Shown here: positions 12,590 to 25,600 of the stretch, piece by piece
How the letters are laid out: the number at the start of each line of letters is the position of its first letter
Position numbering within the stretch: position 1 is the stretch's first letter
From: Cetorhinus maximus
Lineage: Eukaryota
DNA length: 64,000 nt
Reading direction: 5' to 3'
Assembly: GCF_964194155.1 (NCBI RefSeq)
Contig: NC_135883.1
Coordinates: forward strand, 91,450,001 to 91,514,000
The notes under the pieces: generated by a model
The model's database searches: none
What the model was told of the DNA's origin: nothing
Seen by the model: only the letters and a program-made list of their open reading frames with translations
Translations under genes and position numbers: made by a program

Positions 12590-12832
12590 TCCCCATCACC
12601 AACCTCTTTCCTCTCCAAAGCTCTTGAATGAGTTGTCAGTTCAAAATCCAAGACCATCTTTCCTGGAACTCCATGTTTGAATCCCTGCAATTGGTTTCTG
12701 TCCCTGCCATAGTGTCAAAACGGCTCTTATCAAAGTCATAAATGGCAAGCTATGTGACTATGATAAAGGTAAACTATCCCTCCTTGTCCTTCTTGACTTG
12801 ACTGCAGCCTTTGACGTAGTTGATCATTCCAT
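12590..12832 (+). mobile_element. L2 LINE RT fragment
   Basis: TALIKVINGKL..SLLVLLDLTAAFDVVDHSIL, an L2-type RT motif. Confidence 0.75.
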
Positions 12833-13345
12833 CCTGCTCACAATGCAGTTTCCGTTACATTGGGGAGACCAAATGCAAACTGGGTGTCTGCTTTGCAGAA
12901 TGCCTCCACGCAGTCCGCGCACATGACCCTGACCTTCTGTTGCTTGCCATTTCAATTCACCATCTTGTACTCTCACACACATTCCTGTCCTTGGCCTGCT
13001 GCAATGTTCCAGTGAAGCTCAATACAAGCTGGAGAAACAGCACCTCATCTTCTGATTAGGCACTTTACAGCCTTCTGGACTCAACATTGTGTTCAACAAC
13101 TTCAGACCATGAATTCTGTACTCCATTTTGATTTTGTTTGCCCCAAGTGCCAATTTATAGCTTGTTTTCATGTTTTTGCTTTCAGACAGAGCTGGCCTTT
13201 ATTCCGCTATAACACCTACTTTGTTTCTTTACTACTACCATTACCATGCCCTTTGTCTTTAACCTATCCCTGACCTTCCCTTTTGTTCCACTGGATCTCG
13301 CCTCTCCCCTTCCTCCCTGTGCTTTGTAGTATAAAACTTGACAAC
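12833..13345 (+). mobile_element. Penelope-like element 3' part (GIY-YIG endonuclease remnant)
   Basis: CSQC..YIGETKCKLGVCFAE resembles the PLE GIY-YIG motif YIGETKRRLGDRFAEH. Confidence 0.75.
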
Positions 13346-13817
13346 TCTAACTGGGGACTCTGTTGTAGATTACGGTATGCAGTGCTGTTGATTTCTACAC
13401 TGGCATCAGCCTTTAAAGTTACATCTCTTGCCATTTATTTTCACTTGCACCCACACCCATAACTTTATCTGAGTCATGGGTAGGCTGACCCCTGAACATT
13501 GGCCTCACAGACTTTCAAAATGCCCGGCTTATTATGTTGTCTGCATGTTTGATTATGCACTGGACAGTTATCTCCTTGATTGTAAGTGTGATGGCATCAC
13601 ATACAAAGCACAGGTATTTTTGGACTTGGCAAAGCTATCTCTCTTTGGAAGTTATTCCATTTTTATTCATTTTCACACTCAAGACCGGGCTTTTGTGCAA
13701 CCTGTTTCAGCTCCTTAGTTGATCTCTTAACCTTCTACCTGACATTTCATCAGCTCTGAATATTATGCCACTTGAACAACTGCCTCAGACGTTAGCCCTG
13801 GTTTTACATTTTTAAAA

Positions 13818-16800
13818 AATTCATTCATGGGATGTGGGCTTTGCTGGCTGGGCCAGCATTTATTGCCCATCACTAGTTACTTTTGAGAAGGTGGTGGTGA
13901 GCTGCCTTCTTGAACCACTGCAGTCCATGTGGTGTAGGTACACCCACAGCGCTGTTAGGGAGGGAGTTCGAGGATCTTGACCCAGCGACAATGAAGGAAC
14001 GGCAATGTAGTTCCAAGTCAGGATGGTGAGTGACTTGGAGGGGAACTTCTAGGTGGTGGAGTTCCCATCTATCTGCTGCCCTTGGTCTTCGAGATGGTAG
14101 CGGTTGTGGGTTTGGAAGGTGCTGTCGAAGGAGCCTTGGTGAATTCCTGCAGTGCATCTTGTAGATGGTACACACTGCTGCTACTGCGCGTCGGTGATGG
14201 AGGGAGTGAATGTTTGTGGATGTGGTGCCAATCAAGCGGACTACTTTGTGTTGGATGGTGTCATGCTTCTTGAGTGTTGTAGGAGCTGCACTCATCCAAG
14301 CAAGTGGGGAGTATTCCATCACACTCCTGACTTGTGCCTTGTAGATGGTGGACAGGCTTTGGGGAGTCAGGAGGTGAGTTACTCTTCGCACTATTCCTAA
14401 CCTCTGACCTGCTCTTGTAGCCACAGTATTTATATGGTTTGTCCAGTTCAGTTTCTAGTCAATGGTAACCCCCAGGATGTTGATAGTGGGGAATTCAGTG
14501 ATGGTAATGCCATTGAACATCAAGGGGCGATGGTTGGATTCTCTCTTGTTGGAGATGGTCATTGTCTAGCACTTGTGTGGCATGAATGTTACTTGCCACT
14601 TGTCAGTCCAAGCCTGGATATTGTCCAGGTCTTGCTGCATTTGGACATGGACTGCTTCAGTATCTGAGGAGTTGCGAATGGTACTGAACATTGTGCAATC
14701 ATCAGTGAACATCCCCACTTCTGATCTTATGATGGAAGGAAGGTCATTGATGAAGCAGCTGAAGATGGTTGGGCCTAGGGCACTACCTTGAGGAACTCCT
14801 GCAGTGATGTCCTGGAGCTGAGATGACTGACCTCCAACAACCACAACCATCTTCCTTTGTGCTAGCCATGACATCCAACTAGTGGAGAGTTTTCCCCTGA
14901 TTCCCATTGACTCCAGTTTCCCTCGGGCTCCTTCATGCCTCATTCGGTCAAATGTGGCCTTGATGTCAAGGGCAGTCACTCTCACCTCACCTCGGGAGTT
15001 CAGTTATTTTGTCCATGTTTGAACCAATGCTGTAATGAGGTTGGAAGCTGAGTGGCCCTGACAGAACCCAAACTGGGCATCAGTGAACAGATTATTGCTA
15101 AGGAAGTGCTGCTTGATAGCACTGTTGATGAACCCTTCCATTACTTTACTGATGATGGAGAGTAGACTGTTGGGCGGTAATTGGCCGGGTTGGATTTGTC
15201 CTGCTTTTTGTGTACAGGACATACCTGGGCAATTTTCCACACAGCTGGGCAGATGCCAATGTTGTAGCTGTACTGGAACAGCTTGGCTAGGGGCACAGCA
15301 AGTTCCGGAGCACAAGTCTTCAGCACTATTGCCAGAATATTGTCAGGGCCCATAGCCTTTGCAGCATCCAGTGTCTTCAGCTGTTTCTTGATATCACGTG
15401 GAGTGAATCAAATTGGCTGAAGACTGGCATCCGTGATGCTGGGGACCTCTGGTGGGGGTCGAGATGGATCATCCACTCCTCCAGTGAGTTGTCTAATTGG
15501 TCACCGCCATTCACGACTGGATCTGGCAGGACTGCAGAGCTTAGATCTGACCCATTGATTGTGGGATTACTTAGCTCTGTCTATCATTTGCTGCTTATGC
15601 TGTTTGGCACGCAATTAGTCCTGTGTTATAGCTTCACCAGGTTGACATCTCATTTTTATGTATGACTGGTGCTGCTCCTGGCATGCCCTCCAGCACTCTT
15701 CATTGAACCAGGGTTGATCCCCTAGCTTGATGGTGGTAGAGTGGGCGATATGCCGGGCCATGATGTTAGAGATTGTGTTTGAGTACAATTCTGCTGCTGC
15801 TGCTGGCCCTCAGTGCCTCATGGATGCCCAGTCTTGAGTTGCTAGATCTTTGAAATGTATCCCATTTAGCACGGTGGTGGTGCCACACAACACGACGGGG
15901 GGTATCTTCAGTATAAAGCCGGGACTTCATCTCCACAACGACTGTGCAGTGGTCACTCCTACCGATACTGTCATGGAGAGATGCATCGGGGGCAGATAAG
16001 TTGGTGAGGATGAGGTCAAGTTTTGTTTTTCCCTTTTGTTGTCCCTCACCATCTGCCGCTGAACCAGCCTACCAGTTATGTCCTTTGGGACTCGGCTAGT
16101 AGTGGTGCTACTGAGCCACTCTTGGTGGTGGACATTGAAGCCCCCCCACCCAGAGTACATTCTATACCCTTGCCACCCTCAGTGCTTCCTCTAAGTGGTG
16201 TTCGACATGGAGGAGCACCGATTCATTAGCTGAGGGATGGTGGTAATTACATGGTAATCAGCAGGAGGTTTCCTATGCCGTGAGATTTAATGGAGTCCGG
16301 AGTCGATGTTGAGGACTCCTAGGGCAACTCCCTCCCGACTGTATACCACTGTGCTGCCACCTCTTCGGTGGGACAGAACAGGACAGACCCAGGGATGGTG
16401 ATGGTGGTGTCTGGGACATTATCTGTAAGGTGAGGATGACTATGCCAGGCTGTTGCTTGACTAGTCTGTGAGACAGCTCTCCCAATTTTGGCACTATCCC
16501 CCAGATGTTAGTAAGGAGGACTTTGCAGGGTCAGCAGGGCTAAGGTTGCCGTTGTCATTTCTGGTTCCTAGGTCAATGTTGATGCCGGGTGTTCCTTCCG
16601 GTTTCATTCCTTTTTTGTGACTTTGTAGTGGTTTGTTACAACTGAGTGGCTTGGCTGAATTGTCATTTCAGAGGGCATTTAAGAGTCAACCACATTTCTG
16701 TGGATCTGGAGTCACATGTAGGCCAGACCAGGTAAGAACAACAGAGTTCCTTCCCTGTAGGGCATTAGTGAACCTGATTGGTTTTTACAACAATTGACAA

Positions 16801-16939
16801 TGGTTTCATGGTCATCATTAGACTTCTAATTCCAGATTTTTATTGAATTCAAATTCCGCCATCTGCCTTAGCAGGATTCGAACCCCGGTCCCCAGAGCAT
16901 TACCCTGGGTCTCTGGATCACTAGTCTAGTGACAATACC
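13818..16939 (-). mobile_element. Near full-length CR1-clade LINE family B (APE-RT, tRNA/SINE-like 5' head, no visible ORF1), decayed
   Basis: APE (PKLGELSHRLVKQQP, GGFNVHHQEW), RT (ALDIKATFDR, GVPQGSALGP, FTDDC), C-terminus YKAQVRSVMEY, atgaatgaa tail; B-box-like ggttcgaatcc at 16874-16884 on the minus strand. Confidence 0.9.
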
Positions 16940-17577
16940 TGTTTAAAGAGGTTTCAGGGAAATGGTTCCAGTTTGTGACTATGCTGGTGGAAGAGCAGCT
17001 CTTTTCTAAAGCACGCTACATTTTGGAAAAAAAATTTCATCATATACTCTGCATCATTTTCATAGTTTTCTGATCTGCTAACTCAAATGGAAAGCATTAT
17101 AAAACTGCTCTGCTTCTCATCCCATGCTATAAATAAGAGCACTAATCTATAGATTACCATGTTCTTTGTGTAGCTTTGCCATGGTTCAGGGTTTTAAAAC
17201 AAGTTATTTACATAAGAGTAACAGCATTGGATTTTTCTTTCACGAGTTGCAGAAAGACGAAAATAGCTGTTTAGTAAACAGTAATTGGTTTACTGTTGGT
17301 CGCATGATTTGTTTGCTCATTCTCCTAAAGTGGAAATGTATTCTCATTCCACAAGTTGGGTAAATGTTCATCTTCACCACCTGCTCAGTAATCTAGTAGG
17401 GCAGATAACTATTGGGCAGGTTCTACAATTGGCAAATGGCCTGCTCCAACACCCTGCCACAAAATGATGCCATCTGTATCCTGCTTACCCAGATAAATTG
17501 ATTGTCATTTCTAACATTTACATCAGATCCCAGTGGAAAAAACCTAAGGAAGCCATTTCAATTTAAACACTCACACA

Positions 17578-17745
17578 TAGAATAGTAGAATCATGGGATG
17601 GTAATGGCACAGAAGGAGACCATTTGGCCCATCTTGTCCGTGTTGGTTCTCTGCGAGAGCAACTCAGTTAGTCCCACTCCCGTACCTTTTCCCCATTACC
17701 CTGCAATTTTTTTCAATACAGGTAATTATTTCATACCATTTTGAA
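17578..17745 (-). mobile_element. CR1 family A 3' UTR fragment
   Basis: 'acagaaggagaccatttggcccatc' is the reverse complement of the CR1/HER1-type terminal hairpin. Confidence 0.65.
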
Positions 17746-17749
17746 ATCT

Positions 17750-19870
17750 AAAAGTGAACTGGCAAATGAGGTTAAGGGATATGTCAATAAAAGTTCAGTG
17801 GCAGACACAGAATACATACATTCCAGTGAGAAAGAAAAAAATCCAAGGGGAGGGCCCACTACACGGGTCTAACTAAAAAAGTTAAAGACAGTATAAAACT
17901 TAAAGAAAAGGCATATAATCACGCAAAGGCGGGTGGCTGGTCAGAAGATTGGAAAGAATATAAAGAACAGCAATGGATGACAAAAAATGAGGGATGAGGG
18001 AAAAATTAGAGTATGAGAGAAAGCTAGCTAGTAATATAAAGATGGATAGTAAGAGTTTCTATAGATATTTAAATAAGAAAAGAGTTAACAAAGTGAGCAT
18101 TGGCCCTATGGAGAATGCGTCTGGGAAATTGATAATGGAAAGTAGGGAGATGGCGGACGAATTAATCAGGTTTATTGCTTCGGACTTCACTATAGAGGAC
18201 ACAAGTACCATCCCAGAAATAGCTGTAAATCAGGAAATGGAAGGGAAGGAGGAACTCGGGAAAATTACAATCACCATGTAAGTGGTATTAGGCAAATTGT
18301 TGGGGCTGTGGGATGACAAACCTCAGGTCCAGATGGACTTCACCCTGAGGTCTTGAAAGAAGTGGCTAGTGAGATAGTTGATGCACTGGTTTTAATTTTC
18401 CAAATTTCCCTAGATTTGCAGAAGGTTCCATTAGGTTTGAAAATAGCAAATATAACTCCTTTATTCAAAAAGGCAGGGAGACAGAAAGCAGGAAACTATA
18501 GGCCAGTTAGCCCAGCATCTGTCATAGGGAAAATGTTAGAAGCTGTTGATAAAGATATTCTAGCAGGGCACTCAAAAAAAATTCAAGGCAATCAGGCAGA
18601 ATCAGCATGGTTTTCTGAAAGGGAAATCATGTTTAACCAATTTATTGGCATTCTTTGAAGGAGTCATGTGATGTGGATAAAGGGGAACCAGTGGATGTAC
18701 TGTATTTAGATTTCCAGAAGGCATTTGACAAAGTGCCACATCACAGGCTATTGCAGAAAATAAATGCCCATGGTGTAGGGGGTAAAATATTGGCATGGAT
18801 AGAAGATTGGCTGGCTAACTGGAAGCAGAGAGTTGGCATAAATGGGTCTTCTTCTGGTTGGCAGGATGTAACAAGTAGTGTGCCACAGGGATCAGTGCTG
18901 GGGCCTCAACTATTTATAATTTGTATAAATGACCTGGATGAAGGGCCAAAGAAATGGTGGATAAATTTGTTGATGACACAAAAACAGGCAGGAAAGTAAA
19001 TTGTGAAGAGGACGTAAGGAAGCTACAAAGTGACACAAGTTAAATGAGTGGGCAAAGATCTGGCAAATAGAGTAAATGTGGGCAAATGTGAAATCGTTCA
19101 TTTTGGCAGGAAGAATAAAAAGAAGCTTATTATCTAAATGGTGAGAGATTGCAGAGCTCTGAGATTCAGAGGGACCTGGGAGTCCTAGTGCATGAATCAC
19201 AAAAGGTTAGTATGCAGGTATAGCACATAATTAGGAAAACTAATAGAATATTATCAATTATTGTGAGGGGAATTAATTACAAAAGTAGGGAGATTATGCT
19301 TCGGTTGTACAGGGCACTGGTGAGACCACATCTGGAGTATTGTGTACAGTACTGGCCTCCTTATTTAAAGAAAGATATAAATGCATAGAAACAGTTCAGA
19401 GAAGGTTGACTAGATTAATACCAAGAATTAGCAAGAGTGGGTTGTCTTATGAGGAAAGGTTGGACAGGTTAGGCTTGTTTCCACTTGTATCCACTGGAAT
19501 TTAGAAGAGTAAGAGGCGACTTAATTGAAACCTTTAAGATCCTGAGGGGTCTTGACAGGATGGATGTGGAGAGGACCTAAAACTAGAGGTCACTGTTTTA
19601 AAAATAAGGAGTTGTTCATTTAAGACAGAGATGAGGAGAAATTTTTCTCTCAGAGGGTTGTGAGTCTTTGGAACTCTCTTCCTCAAAAGGCGGTGGAAGC
19701 AGAGTCTTTGAATATTTTTAAGGCAGAGCTAGATAGATTCTTGATTAACAAGGGGATGAAAGGGGGGGTTGGAAGTTACATTCAGATCAGCCATGACCTT
19801 ATTGAATGGCGGAGCAGTCTCGAGGGGCCAAGAGGCCAACTCCTGCTCCTAGTTCGTATACTCGTATGCT
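17750..19870 (+). mobile_element. CR1 LINE (family A), 5'-truncated ~2.1 kb, frameshifted ORF2
   Basis: [28 protein letters not shown] and SLWNSLPQKAVEA motifs plus 3' UTR hairpin. Confidence 0.92.
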
Positions 19871-19877
19871 CATATAA

Positions 19878-21905
19878 ATTTGCCTCCACCACTGTCTCAG
19901 GCAGTGTTTTGCAGATCACAACTACTCACTGCATAAAAATGGTTTTCCCCATGTCACCTTTCATTCTTTTGCTATTCAACTTAAATAAGTGACCTCTAGT
20001 TCTCGACCCTTCCACCAATGGGAACAGTTTCTCCCTACCTATCCTGTCCAAACCCCTCATGGTTTTGAATACCTTTATTAAATCTCCTCTTAATCTTCAC
20101 TTCTCAAAGGCGAAATGCTCCAGCTTCTCCAATCTGTCCATGTAACTTAAGTCCCTCACCCCTGGAATCATTCTTGTTTTATGAACCCTCTTTAATGCCT
20201 TTACATCCATCCTAAAGTTTATAGCCCAGAATTGGACACAATACTCCTTTGGGGATCAACCATTGTTTTATAAAAGTTTACCTTAACTTCCTTGAGTTTG
20301 TACCCTGTGGGCCAGATTTTTATCTCTGAGGGGCAAATCTGGAGTGGGGGGATTTTCTGGCATTGTGGCCCTACCTCCTGACCAGCAATGCCTACCTGTG
20401 ATAACTTCATAGTGAGCTGGTGGGGAAGGGCTGGAGTCTGGGCCACTGCCTCCTGAAACAGGCTCAAGACAGAAGCAGGAAGATGCCAAAGTGGCCAGGT
20501 TAAGTGATGCCTCCATTTTCTGGGGCATCAGCTCAGTTCTGGAGATGAGTGTGAGGACCTCTAATCCCCACCCCTACCTCCTTCAACTCCCCTCACCTCA
20601 TACCCCCTCACTCCTACCCACCATCCCCTCACCTCCACACATGCCCCTTACCTCCAATATCCCTTTCCCCTCACCCTCATGCCCCCATATTTCTGCTGCC
20701 CCTTCACCTGGTATCTACTATATACAGAGCTCATGATCACTATAATAACATTGGAAAGTCTTTGAGAAGCTCATAAATCTGTCAAAATAAAGACACTGTA
20801 CTTAAAACCCCACTTGAAAAAAACATAATCTTCTTAACTGCTCAGCAATTGGTTAATATAACCAAGCTCACAGTCATCTTAACAGCCATGTCAACAATCC
20901 CTGCTGAACTAAATCTATTTGTGTGGTTGGAACTCAACCAAGAATTCATGGTAGGATTCTATTGAATGACTGTGCAAACAACCTCTGCTGTGCTGAATCC
21001 ATTAATTGGTTTGGAATTCAGCCAAACATTCATAATGAGATTCCATTGAACAAGTGTGCCAATAAAACCTCTATACCTGAATACATTAAAGCTTTTGAAG
21101 TCAGGCTGAAGCTTGGTCATCTGCCAAAGCTTTCAAACAGCCAAACAGATGCTGAGCTAAAATCTGAAGACAGCGAAAGTTCAGTCATTTGTCAAAACTT
21201 TGAAGTAGCAAAACAGATGGATGAGTTGAAATTCAATAAGAAAATGGATGCAAAGGAGGCAATTGACATAGTCAAATCTGAATTTCACTATTGTGCAATG
21301 CAGAATAGCACTTTATCCAGTGGGTAATATACTGTAATGCATCTAAAGACTCTTCCATTTTCACAATGCTGTTCAACTTAATGGCCACTTAACTTTTCAA
21401 AACAAAGCCTTATCATCAATCACCGTGTTAAAAATATATATAACATATAATACAGCATTTCAGCATGACATGTGAAGTTGGCAATGCCTTTTGAACCTAC
21501 CTGTCAAATGGTTCCCAGTTCCAAATGAGGATTCTGCCTGTCAAATGGCTCATGACACCTCTAAGCTGGTGTGAACCACATCACCTTCAAATGCCAGGCT
21601 GATTCTATGAAAATTACAGGGGATCTGAAATGTCTACTTCTGAAATGGAACCAGCAATGGCAGGACAACTGAATTTGGACTTGTGACCCTTAGTTCGTGC
21701 TGATCAAAATTGTTGGTGACTGGAGTGGGGCGGTAATCCCGGAATTGGGTTCCACCCCCATTTTTAAAGCTTGCCCAATGTGGGCCGCTCCCACTTTGGG
21801 ACGGAAATATCAGGCCCTATGCCTCTACTTATAAAGCCCAGGATCCTACATGCTTTATTAGCCACTTCCTCAAACTGCCTTTCCACCTTCAATCATTTGT
21901 GCTGA
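19878..21905 (-). mobile_element. CR1 fragment interrupted by the 20309-21817 TIR element
   Basis: Antisense CR1 'tttgtaccc' resumes as 'tatgcctctacttataaagcccaggatcc' after 21817. Confidence 0.75.
20309..21817. mobile_element. 1.5-kb non-autonomous Harbinger-type TIR element
   Basis: TIRs gggccagattttt / aaatatcaggccc; 3-bp flanks tgt/tat; splits a CR1 copy. Confidence 0.75.
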
Positions 21906-22617
21906 TTGCACAAATTGCTTGCATTGAAAAGAGTACAAGGTTTTTCTGAACATTTTCCCTCTTAAAAATGAAGTGGAATCCATTTTAATTTCCTTTGCTA
22001 TTCTGTCTACTTTGATTTCTTGTAATTGGTTAATGGAAATGAAATATTTGAGAAACTAGCCAAGTGGAGTTACAGTGCATACAACAGTATAAGAGAATTG
22101 AATCAACGTGAACGTTTGAAGTAACACAATTGGTGGAATACCCTGGGCTAATGAATATTTCTACAATTATTAATTCTACTCAGCAAATTCTCCAAGCAAC
22201 TTTTTTTCTGATCCTACCACTTGTAGCTCAAACAGAAATGACAAAAGGATATTAAAAAGAGATAAAGAGATATAATATGTTGAGTATCAGTCACCACCCC
22301 ACAGAAAGGCAGGACACAGACTCACATCTAGGGTTTCCCCATACGGTGAATTTTCCATTTCAGCTGTGCTATAATAAGAAAGGGCAAAGCAGTACGGCTG
22401 GGTGAGTCATTCCGGACTGCATCCCATTCAGCTCCTACTGGCTGGTTATATTGAGAGAGCCACAGCAGCAGTTCACCTGCTTTACCTTCACCCTGTGATA
22501 TTGTGTAGACTAAGGACATATATCACAGAAGGGGAGATAATAAAATAGAACTAGTAAATGGTATAAGAGGGAAAATTTAGTAATAGTGTAAAACTGTTTT
22601 TATGAACATATTTACAA

Positions 22618-25600
22618 TGTTATGACTGGGATGGGAGGAGTGCACAATTGATCTAGCCCCACTACTCTGCAGGTCACACCATTCGTGTAAATGTTTAATT
22701 CACTCAGCAAAATGGCTAATCACTACTGTTAGACCCTGATAAAAGAGACTTTAACCAGGGCCCTTTCAATAAACTCAGAATGATTGATTTATTATGAAAT
22801 TATTTTTTTTTAAACAAGTTGCCAGGATTGGTTAACACACACAATTTGTAATCTGGAAGTGTAACTATCTATCCCTATTAAAATATCTCAGCACATATAT
22901 ACATACACACACACACACAAACAATGGACAAACAGATAGGGTCTCTGCAGAGATGGGGAGTTGAAGAAAAGGCTTTATATTAAAAAAGAATGATGTTTGC
23001 AGGGTTTCAATGCTGTTGGTCTGGAGCTCCCTTGCATGAAGGCAGATCACTAGTCCCAGTTGATGCCTGGACGTTCTCACCAACCGAGCTTCGGCATGGA
23101 GGAGACTAGAGCCGAATCAATCCTTCTTTTTTCAGCCTCTCAGGTTTCTAAAGGCAGACAAGTTCCACTGAGATGAGGATTCCTAGCTGGATACTGATAA
23201 CCATTCTATTTCAGGTAAAGCAAGGAGAATGCGAGCTGGGCAGCTATTCACTTTCTCCGTTCAATCCCAAATGAGTTCAAAAAAAAAGTTCAAACCTTAA
23301 AGCCCATCTCCAGCTGCTGATGTCCAATAAGTCACTAGGGTCCTTTAAACAGTTTTTTCCTCCCATCAATTAAAATGATTGCAGTTCAAATAAGCAAACA
23401 GCTCTCCACACTCAAGTACCATGCTGGTCAAGTGATTTCTTGGAAAAGGCATGCTTGTTCACACTCCACGGGGGAATTTATGACCTTTCTTTAAAAAAAG
23501 CCTGGTGTCCAAAGAATGCAATGTCCTTCCAAATTTTAAAAGAAAATACAGTTCCTGAATATATGTTATCCAACAGGCCTCTGTCCTTAAGGAATGAAAT
23601 ACCATTTCCAAATGTGTTTCATTACAAAGTCTACAGAAGATGATATATATACAATATATAAAACAAAATTCAAACATACATTCACTCAGCCATTCATTCC
23701 TTATACAGCATCTGTACATTTTTCTGTTTTTCTTGATTTCCAGATAATTCTATGAAAATTACATTCTTAATAATGCATCCACAATTATATTATTCTTTCC
23801 AGCAATATGAACAATCTTTAAGTTATAAGGCTGTATCAGCAAGCTCCATCAGAATAGTCTGTCATTCTGAGTCATAAATTTTTCTACAAAGGCCAAGGGG
23901 TTACGATCAGTATTTATTTGTGTTTCTTTACAGCCATGAGAGATATATACCTCAAAATGTTTAAGAACCAGTAACAATCCCAGGGTTCCCTTTTCTACCA
24001 TAGAGTATCTCTTTTGATGTCAGTTTAATTTTTTTGAGAAGTAACCCACTGGCTTCTGTATGCCCCATTCATCTTCTTGCAGTAAAACTGCACCCACCCC
24101 CAAGTCATTAGTATCGATTGCCACCTTGAAGGGTTTAGTGAAATTAGGGGTGGCTAATACTGGTTCATTTAGTTAGGATAGCCTTCCGCTTTTCAAAAGC
24201 TGTCTGGAACTCTCTTGACCATACCATCTTTGCCTTCTTTTGCAAAAAACCTGTAAGTGGAATCGCTATTGTGCTGAAGTTTGGCACAAATTTACGATAG
24301 AAACCGCACATCCCCAAAAATCTCATGATTCCCCATTTAGTCTTAGGGCCAGGAAATGCCATCAAAGCCTGAACTTGCACCGTTCTTGGCAACACTTGCC
24401 GCTGCCCTACGATTTTCCTTAGATAAGTTACTTGCGCTTTCACAAACTTACTCTTGGCAAGGTTTATTACTAGATCTGCTGACTGTAATTGTTTAAGTAG
24501 GGCTTCCAATTGTTTTAGATAATCTTTCCAAGTGTTGTTGTAAGTCAATACACTATCCAAATAAACTACACAGTTAGGAACACTAGTTTCAACTTGATTT
24601 ACTAGTCTTTGGAAAGTGGCTGGGGCATTTTTTAGCCTGAATGGCATGATTTGGCATTGGCATAGGCCATTTGGGGTGACAAAAGCCAATATCGCCTTAG
24701 CTCATGTTATTAAAGGTACTTGCCAGTTTCCTTTCAATAAATCTATCTTAGTAAGGAACATGGCACTGCCAACCTTGTCAATACAATCCTCTAAATGAAG
24801 GATTGGATAAGAATCCGTTTTTGTTATTGCATTAATCTTTCTCTAATCTATGCAGAGCCTGGTTCACCCCTCAGATTCAGGCACTAACACTACTGAAGAA
24901 CTCCAACTGCTTTGATCAGGTTCAATTCGGTGATTTTCCAACATATATTGAATTTCTGCTTTCACTTGAGCTTTTTTTCTCTGGACTTAAATGATAAGGA
25001 TGTTGTTTTATAGTAGATTCCCCTACATCCATATTATGCATGACTAAAATTGCACATCCTGGTTTATCCCTACAGGTTCCTTTAAATTCTGTAAGTAACC
25101 CCACTCTGGTTGTCCTAATATTTCAGTGTTAGCCAACCAGATAGTAGGAGGTTCAATTTGTGAACTGTCTAAGTTTCCTTCTGACTCACTCTCACTGTCT
25201 CGTTCGTCCTCCACTGTATTTACAACCTGACATACTTGCTCCTTCTTAGCCTCCTCCCTACAATGGTATTGTTTTAACATATTGATATGACACAGCTGAT
25301 TTTTTTTCCTGCGATCTGGGGTGTCTATCAAATAATTTACTTTACCAACCCTCATAATTGTATGGACCACTGAATCGTGCTTTCAAAGGTTCCCCCTGTA
25401 AAGGCAATAATACTAACACTTGATCCCTGGGTTGTAATGTTTGGGTCACAGCTTGCTTATCTGCTTATTCCTTCATCTTTATTTGAGAAACTTTAAGATG
25501 CTCCTGAGCCACATTGCAAGCTCCCATGAGCTGTTCCTGGAAAATGGACACATAACCTAACATAGAGGATTTGTCCTTCTGTCCTAAAATTTTTTCTTTA

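Noticed and set aside
16860-16939. Possible tRNA gene
   Set aside because: Only a B box and partial arms are present, with an over-long middle; it is the head of the retroposon.
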